Source: a virus (taxonomy: Duplodnaviria; Caudoviricetes). From it: a stretch of DNA of 64,000 nucleotides. Position 1 is the first letter of the stretch. Every line of letters begins with the position of its first letter. Shown here in pieces: positions 9,140 to 19,205 of this stretch. The notes under the pieces were generated by a model. That model did not search any database. It worked only from the letters and a program-made list of their open reading frames with translations, and was not told the DNA's origin. The DNA lies in IMG/VR virus record IMGVR_UViG_3300021431_000003, positions 128,001 through 192,000 of that record. One strand, written 5' to 3'. Made by a program: the position numbers and the translations under genes.

Positions 9140-9916
9140 ATGCCAATTAATAAAATGAATCTCTTGCTTAACAAGATAGAAAGGCGTCTAGGAACAAAGC
9201 CATTAATGCTTCCTGAAGATATTTCTAAAGATAAGTGGGTAGACGAGGTAATTATTCCAGATACACTACTTACATTCAGTCGTTACTTTCCTCATATGGT
9301 AAGAATTATGGTTGATACTAACGATAAAGCTAATAAGAGGAATGGTTATTTTTTAATTAATACAGATTTACTTGGTGGCGCTGAATTGCTTGGCGTAAGA
9401 GATATTGCGTGGGATGTATATGGAAAAGAGGATGCGTTAGCACAACAATCATCTTTAGGATATTATGATTATATGTCAGCATATAATAATTACAGCATGG
9501 ATGATTGTATGCTCTTAAGCGGTAGAGCCGACATGACATCTATATTTAATAATACTATTTTTGTAGATTTTAAAGAACCTAACATGATTAGATTACAGAG
9601 TGTTACGACAGGAGATATAACAGGAGGCTTAGGTTGCATACCTTTAGATTGTTTTGTTACACATCCTGTTAATTTAATGACTATTTCACCTACTAAAATG
9701 GGTGTATTTGAAAATCTTGCTACAGCAGATGTAGCATCATTCTTAGTAGCATATTTACAACACTATGATGGACTAGAAACAGTATTTGCTGGAGTAGACC
9801 TTAAATTAAACTTCCTTGAAAGTTGGGCAGGAAGAAGAGAAGATTTTATCAATGAACTTAAGGAAGCATATGTTAGTCCAAGTAACGATAATCAGCCATT
9901 AATGTATACTGTGTAA
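9140..9916 (+). CDS. Neck/head-tail adaptor protein, T4 gp13-like
   Basis: N-terminal IERRLG..P....L..F..YFP resembles the gp13 neck N-terminus; late promoter at 9108. Confidence 0.5.
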   Translation: MPINKMNLLLNKIERRLGTKPLMLPEDISKDKWVDEVIIPDTLLTFSRYFPHMVRIMVDTNDKANKRNGYFLINTDLLGGAELLGVRDIAWDVYGKEDALAQQSSLGYYDYMSAYNNYSMDDCMLLSGRADMTSIFNNTIFVDFKEPNMIRLQSVTTGDITGGLGCIPLDCFVTHPVNLMTISPTKMGVFENLATADVASFLVAYLQHYDGLETVFAGVDLKLNFLESWAGRREDFINELKEAYVSPSNDNQPLMYTV

Positions 9917-9970
9917 TTTTAATACTATTATAACTTCATGTTAATAATACTAATGAAAGGTTGTGTTATT

Positions 9971-10660
9971 ATGTATGAAGTTGGTACTACAATAGGCGAT
10001 ATGATGATTAATGGTTCTTATAGAGAACGAGGAAATCTAATGCTTCAATGCTCTTGTATGATATGTGGTAAAAATAAAAATATAAGAGCCAGAATGATTG
10101 ATAAAAGTCCTGGTATGATAAGTCACAATAGTTGCATAAGAGAAAGAAACGGATTAGCTACAAATCATAAAAGACTTCATAATATATGGGCTAGTATGAA
10201 AGGAAGGATTTATAATTCTAATAATCCAGATTATTATAATTATGGAGGAAGAGGACTCAAAACAGAATACGATAGTTTTACACATTTTTATGAAGATTTA
10301 CATGAATCATATTATAAAGCTTGTGAAGAATACGGTGAATCAAATGTGTCTATTGATAGAATAGATAACAATTTAGGATATTTTAAAAATAATGTAAGAT
10401 GGGCTACTCCATTAACACAAGCCAGAAACAGAAGAATTTTGAATAACAATTTATTTTACGCATTTTCTCCAGATGGAGAAATATATGTTAGTAATAATAA
10501 AAAATGGTTTGGTATAAATCATGGATTTAGTAATTCATCTATATGTGAAGTATTAGAAGGGAAATATTCCAATTTAAAAGGTTGGGTATTTCGCTCAGTT
10601 AATGACCCGCAACTTCTTCTCTTTACTCCTCAGAATGTGATAGAAGAGTTCTATTACTAA
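9971..10660 (+). CDS. Free-standing HNH-type homing endonuclease
   Basis: CSCMICG, RLHNIWASMKGR, YYNYGGRG, SIDRIDNNLGY.KNNVRWAT motifs; C-terminal NUMOD1-like helix (SSICEVLEGK..KGW.F). Confidence 0.85.
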   Translation: MYEVGTTIGDMMINGSYRERGNLMLQCSCMICGKNKNIRARMIDKSPGMISHNSCIRERNGLATNHKRLHNIWASMKGRIYNSNNPDYYNYGGRGLKTEYDSFTHFYEDLHESYYKACEEYGESNVSIDRIDNNLGYFKNNVRWATPLTQARNRRILNNNLFYAFSPDGEIYVSNNKKWFGINHGFSNSSICEVLEGKYSNLKGWVFRSVNDPQLLLFTPQNVIEEFYY

Positions 10661-10737
10661 AATTTCGTTTCATTGTATATTATATTTGTGATAGGACCCA
10701 ACCCTATCACAAATATTTTATCTAGGAGGTCTTCATA

Positions 10738-11082
10738 ATGGAGAACAAAATTGCAATGTCAAACAATAACACAGGCAAGACTTACAAGGAGCTCAAGGAG
10801 TTTGGTCTCTTTGAGCTTATGCCTAATGGCTTTAACGTATATCTTGATGATGAAGATATGGTTAAAAGCGATGACTCGTACTATGCTCATTTTGAGTATA
10901 GTTTGGATGAGAGTGTATATAAGACACCCAATGGTATTACGATGACTTCAGAAGAACTCATGGAATCTACAGTCACCTTTATTGGTTCTGATCCTATGGG
11001 AGATTTTGAAGTACCTGCACTTTGGATTATCCCGAATGATGCATGGTATGAAAGACAGAAGCATATCGATAAAATGATGTAA
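10738..11082 (+). CDS. Hypothetical early protein
   Basis: AGGAGG RBS, promoter at 10676 with hairpin GTGATAGG..CCTATCAC. Confidence 0.75.
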   Translation: MENKIAMSNNNTGKTYKELKEFGLFELMPNGFNVYLDDEDMVKSDDSYYAHFEYSLDESVYKTPNGITMTSEELMESTVTFIGSDPMGDFEVPALWIIPNDAWYERQKHIDKMM

Positions 11083-11231
11083 AATACACTGTTTAAAACA
11101 GGCATTATAAGTCATCAAGAAAATACGTCAGCGTACTCTATGGGTACGCTGACATTCATTTTTCTTTATTTTTTGTTTTAACGAATAGGTAACATTGAAG
11201 TAAACCAAATAAGAAAGGAGTCGTGTTTATC

Positions 11232-11699
11232 ATGACTGTAAAAGAATTCAAAGAGATATTCAAAGGAGATATAAAATTCTTTGATTATGCAACTGGAAAA
11301 GCTATCGGTGAAGAATTTAAAACAGAGGAAAATGAACAACTACAAGAACTGGAAATCGCTAATCTAGAAATAGGAACTAGAGCTAACTCTACTGCCATTA
11401 ATCCAAAATATTCAACCTATGCGATAGTTTTTTTAGACATTGATACAAAAACACTTAAAATGAGAGAAGCTATCAGAACAATTGAAATGTCTCGATATAA
11501 TGATTGGTATGTTAGAGACATTGAAGATAATCTCTTATATACAAATAATGAATATTTTAAAGATAATAAAGTCTCTGTATATAGAGAAGATATAAAAGAT
11601 TTACCAATTAAGATTCTTAATTCTATAGTAACCAAAATCAGAACTGCTTGCGATGGTCACATTACATTTAATATTATTACTGAAGAAGAAGAGGAGTGA
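11232..11699 (+). CDS. Hypothetical protein (MTVKE-start family)
   Basis: AAGGAG RBS; late promoter at 11191. Confidence 0.7.
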   Translation: MTVKEFKEIFKGDIKFFDYATGKAIGEEFKTEENEQLQELEIANLEIGTRANSTAINPKYSTYAIVFLDIDTKTLKMREAIRTIEMSRYNDWYVRDIEDNLLYTNNEYFKDNKVSVYREDIKDLPIKILNSIVTKIRTACDGHITFNIITEEEEE

Positions 11700-11709
11700 G
11701 TTATATCTC

Positions 11710-11949
11710 ATGACTGTAAGAGAAGTATTAAGTCATTTATCTGGTTATTATTTTATCCGTAATAAGAGTAAGTATGATAAATGTATTTGTACAAATCATA
11801 AAGACTATTATCTTGATGATTGGCATTATCCTAAAGCTACAGAAGAAATCTTAAACTATTATGGAGATTATGAAGTTTGTAAGATATCGTCATCATATGA
11901 TGGATGGTCAACACCATGGATTGATTTATATATAAAGGAGGAAAACTAA
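11710..11949 (+). CDS. Hypothetical protein (MTVRE-start family)
   Basis: GAGGAG RBS; operonic spacing. Confidence 0.7.
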   Translation: MTVREVLSHLSGYYFIRNKSKYDKCICTNHKDYYLDDWHYPKATEEILNYYGDYEVCKISSSYDGWSTPWIDLYIKEEN

Positions 11950-11950
11950 T

Positions 11951-12355
11951 ATGGAAGTGTTTACACTCAACCCTAATAGAACAGTACCACTTGTAACTAT
12001 AACAAATGAATTAGAAAAGAGAGGCGTTAATTATATTATAACTGAAGATACGTGTACTGATTTAGGTAATGATGTTGTATACGCTTCAAATCCTGAATTA
12101 CTAGATGATGAAAATGGTTTTGTTTGTAATTTTCTTTGTCCTATAGAATATATAAGAGCTTTGCAAAAAAGATGTCGAGAATATGATGTTAAAGATTGCT
12201 TTAAATCTGAGTGTATTGTTGAAAGTATTGGTAAAGTAAACAATACTAGTGTATATGCTATAAAAGCAGTTCTTCCAGAGAAACTTATTGATATTAAATA
12301 TGCAATACATGAAGAACAGTTTAAATCTTTTCTTAAATCGCTTGATAAGGAGTGA
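11951..12355 (+). CDS. Hypothetical protein
   Basis: AAGGAGG RBS; operonic spacing. Confidence 0.7.
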   Translation: MEVFTLNPNRTVPLVTITNELEKRGVNYIITEDTCTDLGNDVVYASNPELLDDENGFVCNFLCPIEYIRALQKRCREYDVKDCFKSECIVESIGKVNNTSVYAIKAVLPEKLIDIKYAIHEEQFKSFLKSLDKE

Positions 12356-12363
12356 GTTATCTT

Positions 12364-12606
12364 ATGACACTGAAAGATTTTATTAAAGTATTTAACAATG
12401 AGACAAGATTTCTCATCATGGGTGGTCGTCCAGAAGACGATAATTACTCAGTACTGTTTAACAATGTAACGAATACTGACCCTGTTGATATTGATGTCTT
12501 TGATAATGAATTATTTAAAGACTATACTAATATCGTTACAGTTGAGCTTGAGTTTGACATTCAATACGATACATCGTATATATGTATTTATGTGACAAGA
12601 GATTAA
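12364..12606 (+). CDS. Hypothetical protein (MTLKD-start family)
   Basis: AAGGAG RBS. Confidence 0.7.
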   Translation: MTLKDFIKVFNNETRFLIMGGRPEDDNYSVLFNNVTNTDPVDIDVFDNELFKDYTNIVTVELEFDIQYDTSYICIYVTRD

Positions 12607-12624
12607 TAAAGGAGGAAACTAATT

Positions 12625-13341
12625 ATGGAATTAACAGATCTCAAGGTTAAGAAGCGTGATGACTCTTATGTAGAGTTTGACAAGAGTAAGATCAGCAATG
12701 CTATCTATAAGGCTGTACTTGCATCTCATGATAATAAAGAACAGCTTGATAGATCAATTGCAGATACACTTGCTAATATGGTATGTACTTGTATCTATGA
12801 TAAAATTAATGATCCCGAACTTGATGTTTCGTCATGTGATATCATTATCTCTGTAGAATCTATTCAAGATATCGTTGAGCGTATTCTTATTAAGAACGGA
12901 TATGCTGATACTGCCAAGGCATATATCTTGTATCGCAATAAGCGTAATGAGATTCGCAACACTAGAGATAGCATTTCTAAAACAATCTCTGATATCTTAA
13001 TTAAAGATTCTAAAGATTGTGATGCTAAGCGTGAGAACGGCAATGTAAATGGTGATACACCAATGGGTACTATGCTGCAAATTGCTAGTGGAGTATCTAA
13101 AAACTTCTATATCAATAATATGATGAGTAAGGATATTGCTAAAGCTGAAACAGAAGGATACATTCATATTCACGATTTAGACTTCTATAAACTTACTGTA
13201 ACTTGTGTTCAAATGGATTGTGAGAAGTTATTTAAAGGTGGTTTTAACACAGGTAAGGGACAAATTCGTGAACCTAACAGTATTACATCGTATGCATCGT
13301 TAGCTGCTGTAGCAATTCAAGCGGAACAAAATTTTCAGCAT
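12625..13341 (+). CDS. nrdD: Anaerobic (class III) ribonucleoside-triphosphate reductase, exon 1 (ATP-cone)
   Basis: VKKRD..V.FD.SKI ATP-cone, RENGNVNG, GYIHIHDLDFY, QAEQNFQH; continues after the intron as GGISIPNFD. Confidence 0.95.
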
Positions 13342-13667
13342 AGTTTTCTGTGCCTTTAATCAGAAATGGTTAAAGCAAACGACGTGAACCTGTTTATCAG
13401 CAGGGTGTAAAAGAATCGTTAAGATTTGAGTAGTAAATGACTCATTAATTCTTTTGCTAACGGGGGATACACCAGAATCCCGTGCCAAGCTTCTTTATTT
13501 ATTATAAAGATGAAGGTTTAGAGACTATCGAAAGGATATATATCTCGCATAAGGAGATTGAAAACCGAGTAGAGTAGGGCTGAGATTGATACAGACCCAA
13601 AGTGCGTCGGGGCTGACCACTTGAAGGTGAAGCCTGTGATATAGTCCTGGTTATGTAGTGTAACCAG
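13342..13667 (+). mobile_element. Group I intron (326 nt, no ORF) in nrdD
   Basis: 5' exon ends in U and intron ends in G; P1 GCAU/GUGC, P3 CGACG(13380)/CGTCG(13605), GCTAACGGGG..AATCCCGTGCCAAGC, R AGAGACTA (13520), S GATATAGTCC (13638), P9 CTGGTTA/TAACCAG; removal restores QH-GG in frame. Confidence 0.93.
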
Positions 13668-15320
13668 GGTGGGATTTCTATTCCTAATTTTGATTTTGCT
13701 ATGGCTCCAGGTATTTATAAGTCATATAGAAAAGCTTGGGATAAAAATAGAAATAAACTACAGCAGTTTGTCGCAACTTATGGATTAGACTCATTTCCTG
13801 GCATTGATTATAATAAAAAAGATAATATAATTTTTAAGACATCAAGGACTCTAACAGATGATGATATAGAAACTTATTTGTTAGAAGATAATAAAATATA
13901 TGATAAGAATCATGATAAGACAGAACAAATGCTTGTTGTAATGACAAACGAAGATGTAAATCGTGAGTGTTATCAAGCTATGGAAGCATTCATTCATAAC
14001 CTTAACACTATGCACAGTAGAGGAGGCGGACAAGTGGCGTTTTCGTCCGTGAACCTGGGCTGTGCGTTATCTGAGGCAGGTAGAATGGTTACAAAGAATC
14101 TTCTTTTAAATCTTGAGGCTGGTTTAGGTAACGGTGAGACATCTATCTTTCCTATCACTATTTTCTTAGTAAAGGAAGGATTTAACTATAATCCAGAAGA
14201 TAAGAACTATGATTTATTTAAGTTAGCTTGTAGAGTAACAGGCAAACGTCTCTATCCAAATTTTTGCTTCGAAGATTCGCCATTTAACGCACAATATTAT
14301 AAAGAAGGAAGACCTGAGACTCTTGTTCAAACAATGGGTTGCCGCACGAGAGTTATGGGTAATGTATATGACCCGACAAGAGAGATTTCTCATTCTAGAG
14401 GTAACCTTTCTTTCACTACAATCAATCTTCCTATGCTTGCTATTGAAGCTAATCATGATGAAGAGAAATTCTATGAGCTTCTAGACAAGTACTTAGAGCT
14501 TGTAAAGAAGCAACTCTTAGAGAGATTTGAAATTCAGTCTCATATTAAAGTAAGAAATCTTCCTTTCCTTATGGGACAAGGTATTTGGCTTGATTCTGAA
14601 AAACTTGGGCCTGATGATGAAATTGGTGAAGTTCTTAAACATGGTTCACTCTCTATTGGTTTCATTGGTCTTGCTGAAACACTTGTTGCACTTTACGGTC
14701 ATCATCATGGTGAAGGTAAAGAGTATTGGGATAAGGGATATGCTATTGTAAAGCATATGAGAGATTATACTGATAAAGTTGCTTCTGAAACTCATCTCAA
14801 TTTCTCTGTACTTGCTACACCTGCAGAATCTTATTGTGGTACAGCATTAAGAAAGTGCAGAGCTAAGTATGGCGTAATTGAAGGTGTTACTGATAAAGAC
14901 TACTTCGTTAATTCGTGCCATATCCCGCCAGCTTTCAATATTACAGCATATGATAAGATTAGACTCGAAGCACCTTTCCATGAACTTTGCAATGCTGGTC
15001 ATATTGCATACGTAGAAGTTGATGGTGATGCTAGCAATAATCCTAAAGCTATTGAGACTATTGTAAAATGTATGCATGATAATAATATTGGATATGGTGC
15101 TATTAATCATCCTGTTGATACAGACCCAGTTTGTGGATATACAGGAATAATTAATGATACTTGTCCTAATTGTGGAAGAAAAGAAACTGAAGATAATCGT
15201 TTTGTAAGACTTAGACGTATTACTGGTTATCTTACAACAAGTCTTGAATTTTGGAATGATGCAAAGAAAGCTGAAGAACATGATCGTGTAAAGCATGGTG
15301 CTAGATTTCCCGAAGAGTAA
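13668..15320 (+). CDS. nrdD: Anaerobic ribonucleoside-triphosphate reductase, exon 2
   Basis: HNLNTMHSRGGGQ, MGCRT, RGNLSFTTINL, ATPAES, CxxC, glycyl-radical RITGYL; spliced product 789 aa. Confidence 0.95.
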   Translation, partial: GGISIPNFDFAMAPGIYKSYRKAWDKNRNKLQQFVATYGLDSFPGIDYNKKDNIIFKTSRTLTDDDIETYLLEDNKIYDKNHDKTEQMLVVMTNEDVNRECYQAMEAFIHNLNTMHSRGGGQVAFSSVNLGCALSEAGRMVTKNLLLNLEAGLGNGETSIFPITIFLVKEGFNYNPEDKNYDLFKLACRVTGKRLYPNFCFEDSPFNAQYYKEGRPETLVQTMGCRTRVMGNVYDPTREISHSRGNLSFTTINLPMLAIEANHDEEKFYELLDKYLELVKKQLLERFEIQSHIKVRNLPFLMGQGIWLDSEKLGPDDEIGEVLKHGSLSIGFIGLAETLVALYGHHHGEGKEYWDKGYAIVKHMRDYTDKVASETHLNFSVLATPAESYCGTALRKCRAKYGVIEGVTDKDYFVNSCHIPPAFNITAYDKIRLEAPFHELCNAGHIAYVEVDGDASNNPKAIETIVKCMHDNNIGYGAINHPVDTDPVCGYTGIINDTCPNCGRKETEDNRFVRLRRITGYLTTSLEFWNDAKKAEEHDRVKHGARFPEE

Positions 15321-15450
15321 TTGAATACTAATATTGTAATCGAGTGGTGTATAAAATTACACCACTCATTACATATAGATAATGATGCGGATCGGATTTT
15401 CATATCATTGAAGAGAATCTATCAACCAAATTTCTAAGGAGAAAATTATT

Positions 15451-15786
15451 ATGAACAACAAGAACATCAAAGCCAGAGCGTACGAATTCATGAGAAAGGA
15501 TCATGAGAATACAACGAATGATCTAAGACTCGGTTATGCATTTGTAAAGTCATCTCCGAACTTTGCAATTCAACCCATTACATTTGAAGAGATGTCTACT
15601 GTATCTCCTGAGTATCTCTTCAATTTCTATGGTAAGCCTAGAAATTCAACTCTTAGCCGTTATCGTAGAAAGTTCTTGGAAGAGAATCCTACTGAGAAGC
15701 CAAATAATGAGGATAATACTAGAGCTACAAGTTATAGAAAACAGCTGAGAGCAAGTTCTGATTCTCTGTTTACAAGATACAAGTAA
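15451..15786 (+). CDS. Small basic hypothetical protein, possibly DNA-binding
   Basis: AAGGAG RBS; STLSRYRRKF helix. Confidence 0.65.
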   Translation: MNNKNIKARAYEFMRKDHENTTNDLRLGYAFVKSSPNFAIQPITFEEMSTVSPEYLFNFYGKPRNSTLSRYRRKFLEENPTEKPNNEDNTRATSYRKQLRASSDSLFTRYK

Positions 15787-15887
15787 AATAAACCCAAGTA
15801 AATAATCTAATGTTTGTATAATATTAAGGTGAGTAGTAATACTACTCACCTTATTTTTATATTTTATAAGAAAGGAACAAAAAACTT

Positions 15888-16559
15888 ATGAAAAACAAAA
15901 ATTTTTTATCAGATGATGTTATTAAAAGGAACTGTGTACACGTTGTTGTACCAGAAGAGATTTATGACATCTTTGCTAAACAAAGCAAAACAACTGATGC
16001 TTCAATAGCATCAATCTTTAGTGGTTTCCTTATGAATGCTAAGTATGAAGATTTCAAAACGGCAGTAGAGGAACAGGAAGACTTCACTGGTACATTTGAT
16101 ATCGCTAGTGGATTTGACAACCAGAAGTTTAGAAAGCTTCTTGGGTATGCTAAAAAGTTAGGTGTATCTGTAAATCAAATGGTTAAGCAGTACACACTTT
16201 ATCACTTCAGAGATGAGTATGAAGTTTCTGTAAGATACAGCGACCCTATAATGTATGTAAAATATATTCGGGTTGAGCCTTCATTTAAGAAAGCTATAAT
16301 AAGGCTGCAGAAGAGATATAACAAGAATAACAATACTAATTACAGACTTAGTAGATTCATTGCGAATATCTTGACTGATAAAATTGATATTTCTGATATC
16401 AATTATAAGTCAAAAAGATATGATACCAATTGCGGAGACGCATCTATCTATCTTAGCTTCACAGAAGAAGAACATAGATATGTATTTGCTAGAGCTGAAA
16501 CCTGCAAAGAGTTCAGAAGATTAATAGCTAGATATATATCTAAGGACTTATCCCAATAA
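15888..16559 (+). CDS. Putative multi-ribbon-helix-helix DNA-binding protein
   Basis: About four strand-helix-helix units (VHVVVPEEIYDIF..SIASIF; LGVSVNQMVK; YIRVEPSFKKAI..LSRFIA; IYLSFTEEEH..FRRLIA). Confidence 0.45.
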   Translation: MKNKNFLSDDVIKRNCVHVVVPEEIYDIFAKQSKTTDASIASIFSGFLMNAKYEDFKTAVEEQEDFTGTFDIASGFDNQKFRKLLGYAKKLGVSVNQMVKQYTLYHFRDEYEVSVRYSDPIMYVKYIRVEPSFKKAIIRLQKRYNKNNNTNYRLSRFIANILTDKIDISDINYKSKRYDTNCGDASIYLSFTEEEHRYVFARAETCKEFRRLIARYISKDLSQ

Positions 16560-16568
16560 TATGGTAAT

Positions 16569-16615
16569 TAGGTTGGAGACTAACATGTCTCCAACCTTTT
16601 ATAAAAAATTTATAA
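16569..16615 (+). repeat. 47-bp direct repeat copy 1 (contains 11-bp-stem hairpin)
   Basis: TAGGTTGGAGACTAACATGTCTCCAACCTTTTATAAAAAATTTATAA. Confidence 0.95.
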
Positions 16616-16634
16616 TTAGAAAGGAATTGATAAT

Positions 16635-17867
16635 ATGATTATCGAATTTAAGAACGCAAAGAAAACAGAAAACGGAGAGTGTGCTATTTCTAAAGTTGTT
16701 TCAACACTTGGAATTAGAACAACAAGAGGCTATTTTGATATAGCTACAATGCCTGAAAACGTCCCTATTGACGTTAACCCTAGAAAAGACCATATTGATA
16801 GCGAAGTAACAGATGCTATCGAGAAGTCTTTATCTGAAAGTAATCCTTTGTTTATGGAAATGAATAGAGGTTTGCTTATTATCTGTGAGGATGTTAAAAT
16901 TGATGAAGATAAGAATTCCGTAACAGTAAAAGTCAATAACGACCCTTATGAAGGAATAGCAGATGGAGGACACACATATAGATGTATTGTCAAATATCTG
17001 CAATCACTTAGAACCGCATCACTTCCCATTAATAAGGATAAGATGTATGTTCCTATCGAGTTTGTATGGGGAGATGCAGAAAGCAGACAGAAGTATGCTT
17101 TGCTTATCTCTATCGCAAGAAATACTGCTAAGCAGGTTAGTGATATCGCAATTGCTAATAAGCTTGGTAAATTTGATATGCTGAATAAGATTTGGTATGG
17201 GCAGCCTTGGTTATTTAGAGTTGTATATGAAGAATCTAGAACAGCAGAATTGGGAATCGGTAAGATTTTACAGATTCTTAATATCTTTAACATGGATAAC
17301 TGTAAAGCGAAAGATGGCAGCTTTAATCCGAAGTCTGCTATTAATTCAAAAGATGGCTGTAACAAGTCATACGAAACTCTTTATGATGTATATAGAGAGA
17401 CAGTAAGAAATCCATACTACGCAATGCGTAACATCATGATTGACATTTTCAATCTGTACGACTTTATCGAAAGTCGAATTCCTGAACTGGCTATCAATAA
17501 TGGAATAGACTGGAATTCTTTTGAATCTGGTAACGGTAGAGGAAGAAAGAAATTCGGTGAAATCACAAAAGACAGAAGAACATTATTTTATGACAATAAA
17601 AAGTTATATTATTGTCCTAGAGTATTTGTTAAACCAATGTTGTCTGTATTAAGACCGCTAATTGGTTTAGATAATGACGGATTCTATAAATGGAATACTG
17701 ACCCGTTTAACTTCTTTGAAAAATATGGTGCAGAGTTTGTAAAGATTCTGTGTGAGTATTATTCAAATGACGGAAATCATTCCCCTTCTGAAACTGCAAA
17801 GAATTGCAGCATGTGGAGTGACCTTCATAACAAATCTATCGAATTTGTCAAAAACGATAGAAAGTAA
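16635..17867 (+). CDS. AIPR-family (ParB/Srx-like) protein 1
   Basis: NPR, F..MNRGL.I, GIADGGHT, ISIARNT.KQV motifs of the AIPR domain. Confidence 0.8.
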   Translation: MIIEFKNAKKTENGECAISKVVSTLGIRTTRGYFDIATMPENVPIDVNPRKDHIDSEVTDAIEKSLSESNPLFMEMNRGLLIICEDVKIDEDKNSVTVKVNNDPYEGIADGGHTYRCIVKYLQSLRTASLPINKDKMYVPIEFVWGDAESRQKYALLISIARNTAKQVSDIAIANKLGKFDMLNKIWYGQPWLFRVVYEESRTAELGIGKILQILNIFNMDNCKAKDGSFNPKSAINSKDGCNKSYETLYDVYRETVRNPYYAMRNIMIDIFNLYDFIESRIPELAINNGIDWNSFESGNGRGRKKFGEITKDRRTLFYDNKKLYYCPRVFVKPMLSVLRPLIGLDNDGFYKWNTDPFNFFEKYGAEFVKILCEYYSNDGNHSPSETAKNCSMWSDLHNKSIEFVKNDRK

Positions 17868-17878
17868 ATAATATTAAC

Positions 17879-17926
17879 TAGGTTGGAGACTAACATGTCT
17901 CCAACCTTTTTATAAAAAATTTATAA
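17879..17926 (+). repeat. Direct repeat copy 2
   Basis: Same as 16569-16615 with one extra T. Confidence 0.95.
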
Positions 17927-17945
17927 ATCGAAAGGAACGATTACT

Positions 17946-19205
17946 ATGAGTAACAACAACATGAACAACGAGAGAAATCCCTTTGTAGAGGCTATTATGG
18001 AACCTATGAAGGAAGAAATCAAAAAAGCACATGACGAAATCGACAACTGTGAGAGAAACGGTGTTCGTTATGTAAACACCACTCACGAAGAATTCGTTAA
18101 GACGATGCGTGAAAAACGAGATAATACATATGATTTCAATCTTTCTACAATAAAAGTCGACGAGTACAAGTGCGAACTTGCCCCTGCGCTCGATGATGCT
18201 TCTAAGGATTGTGGTGTCGTATATTTATTCCCTCATTATCTTATCAAATCTCCTAAGTACAGAATCGAACCTGATATCGAGGATACTGACTTGGTAGATA
18301 TCACTTATATCTGCAATTACGATGAATTGCTTACAGTACTAATTAACAAGAAAGATATGTCTTGCCTTGGATTCAGAAGATTTATTCTGGATACTATGGA
18401 CAATATGCTCTATACTCTCAATATGTGTAGAATTCCCAAGATAAGAGACCCTGAGAGTTATCTGTCTTATCGTCAGTTAATGACGTTGATTTGCTTTGTA
18501 AACAAGTATAACAAATATCTTCTCATTCTTCCATACAGATTCAAGAATGTGCTTGTTCACATTTTTGGTGATAATGAATACAGATATCGTCGTTATGCTA
18601 TCGCTACTATCGCTGAAAATGGCAAAGTCAGAGGCGATGTTATGAATAATCATCTTGTTGAAAAATCCGCAGCAAAGAAGACCGCTAATTACGATTACAG
18701 AAATGATAATCCTAATTATAAGTATGAGGCGGCTATGAATTTCACAAAGATGAGTGACAAAATTGACTACGAGATTGCTAATTATGATACTTTTATGGTT
18801 GACCTTATTACCTATTACGATGGCAATCTCAGAAAGCTTGTAAAAGAGTTCAATGAGAAAGCTGATGAGGTAGGTATTGAAGAAGCCTGGAAGACAAAGG
18901 TAGGTTTTATTATCCTTAAGTATATCGACTATATCGCAGAGTTCAAGACTGAGGATATGAAGCCTATCAAACTCTATGTAAATGCTTACAAACGTCTGTG
19001 CTTTACTGATAGAGTAAAGAAATACGAAATTGAAGATAACTTCGGTAAGCTCTTCGGAACTCTTCCTACACCTAAACCTAATCCAGACTACAAATATAAT
19101 CCTGATGATTTCAAAGTTGAAGATGATTCAGATTATATTACTGAACCTGGTAGTATGATTGTCATCTTCAATAATAAGAATCTTGAGGATGATGACGCTG
19201 AATAA
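17946..19205 (+). CDS. Hypothetical protein
   Basis: 419-aa ORF, AAAGGA RBS, terminator at about 19216-19249. Confidence 0.8.
   Translation: MSNNNMNNERNPFVEAIMEPMKEEIKKAHDEIDNCERNGVRYVNTTHEEFVKTMREKRDNTYDFNLSTIKVDEYKCELAPALDDASKDCGVVYLFPHYLIKSPKYRIEPDIEDTDLVDITYICNYDELLTVLINKKDMSCLGFRRFILDTMDNMLYTLNMCRIPKIRDPESYLSYRQLMTLICFVNKYNKYLLILPYRFKNVLVHIFGDNEYRYRRYAIATIAENGKVRGDVMNNHLVEKSAAKKTANYDYRNDNPNYKYEAAMNFTKMSDKIDYEIANYDTFMVDLITYYDGNLRKLVKEFNEKADEVGIEEAWKTKVGFIILKYIDYIAEFKTEDMKPIKLYVNAYKRLCFTDRVKKYEIEDNFGKLFGTLPTPKPNPDYKYNPDDFKVEDDSDYITEPGSMIVIFNNKNLEDDDAE

Noticed and set aside
13195-13220. TCVQ instead of TCCQ in NrdD as an inactivating change
   Set aside because: Single-Cys TCxQ variants are common in bacterial NrdD; the other catalytic motifs are intact.
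12625-15320. nrdD as a pseudogene or two separate genes
   Set aside because: The gap has group I intron hallmarks and splicing restores the frame exactly.
16569-17926. CRISPR array or IS ends
   Set aside because: Only two direct copies 1.3 kb apart around a full gene; no spacers, cas genes or transposase.
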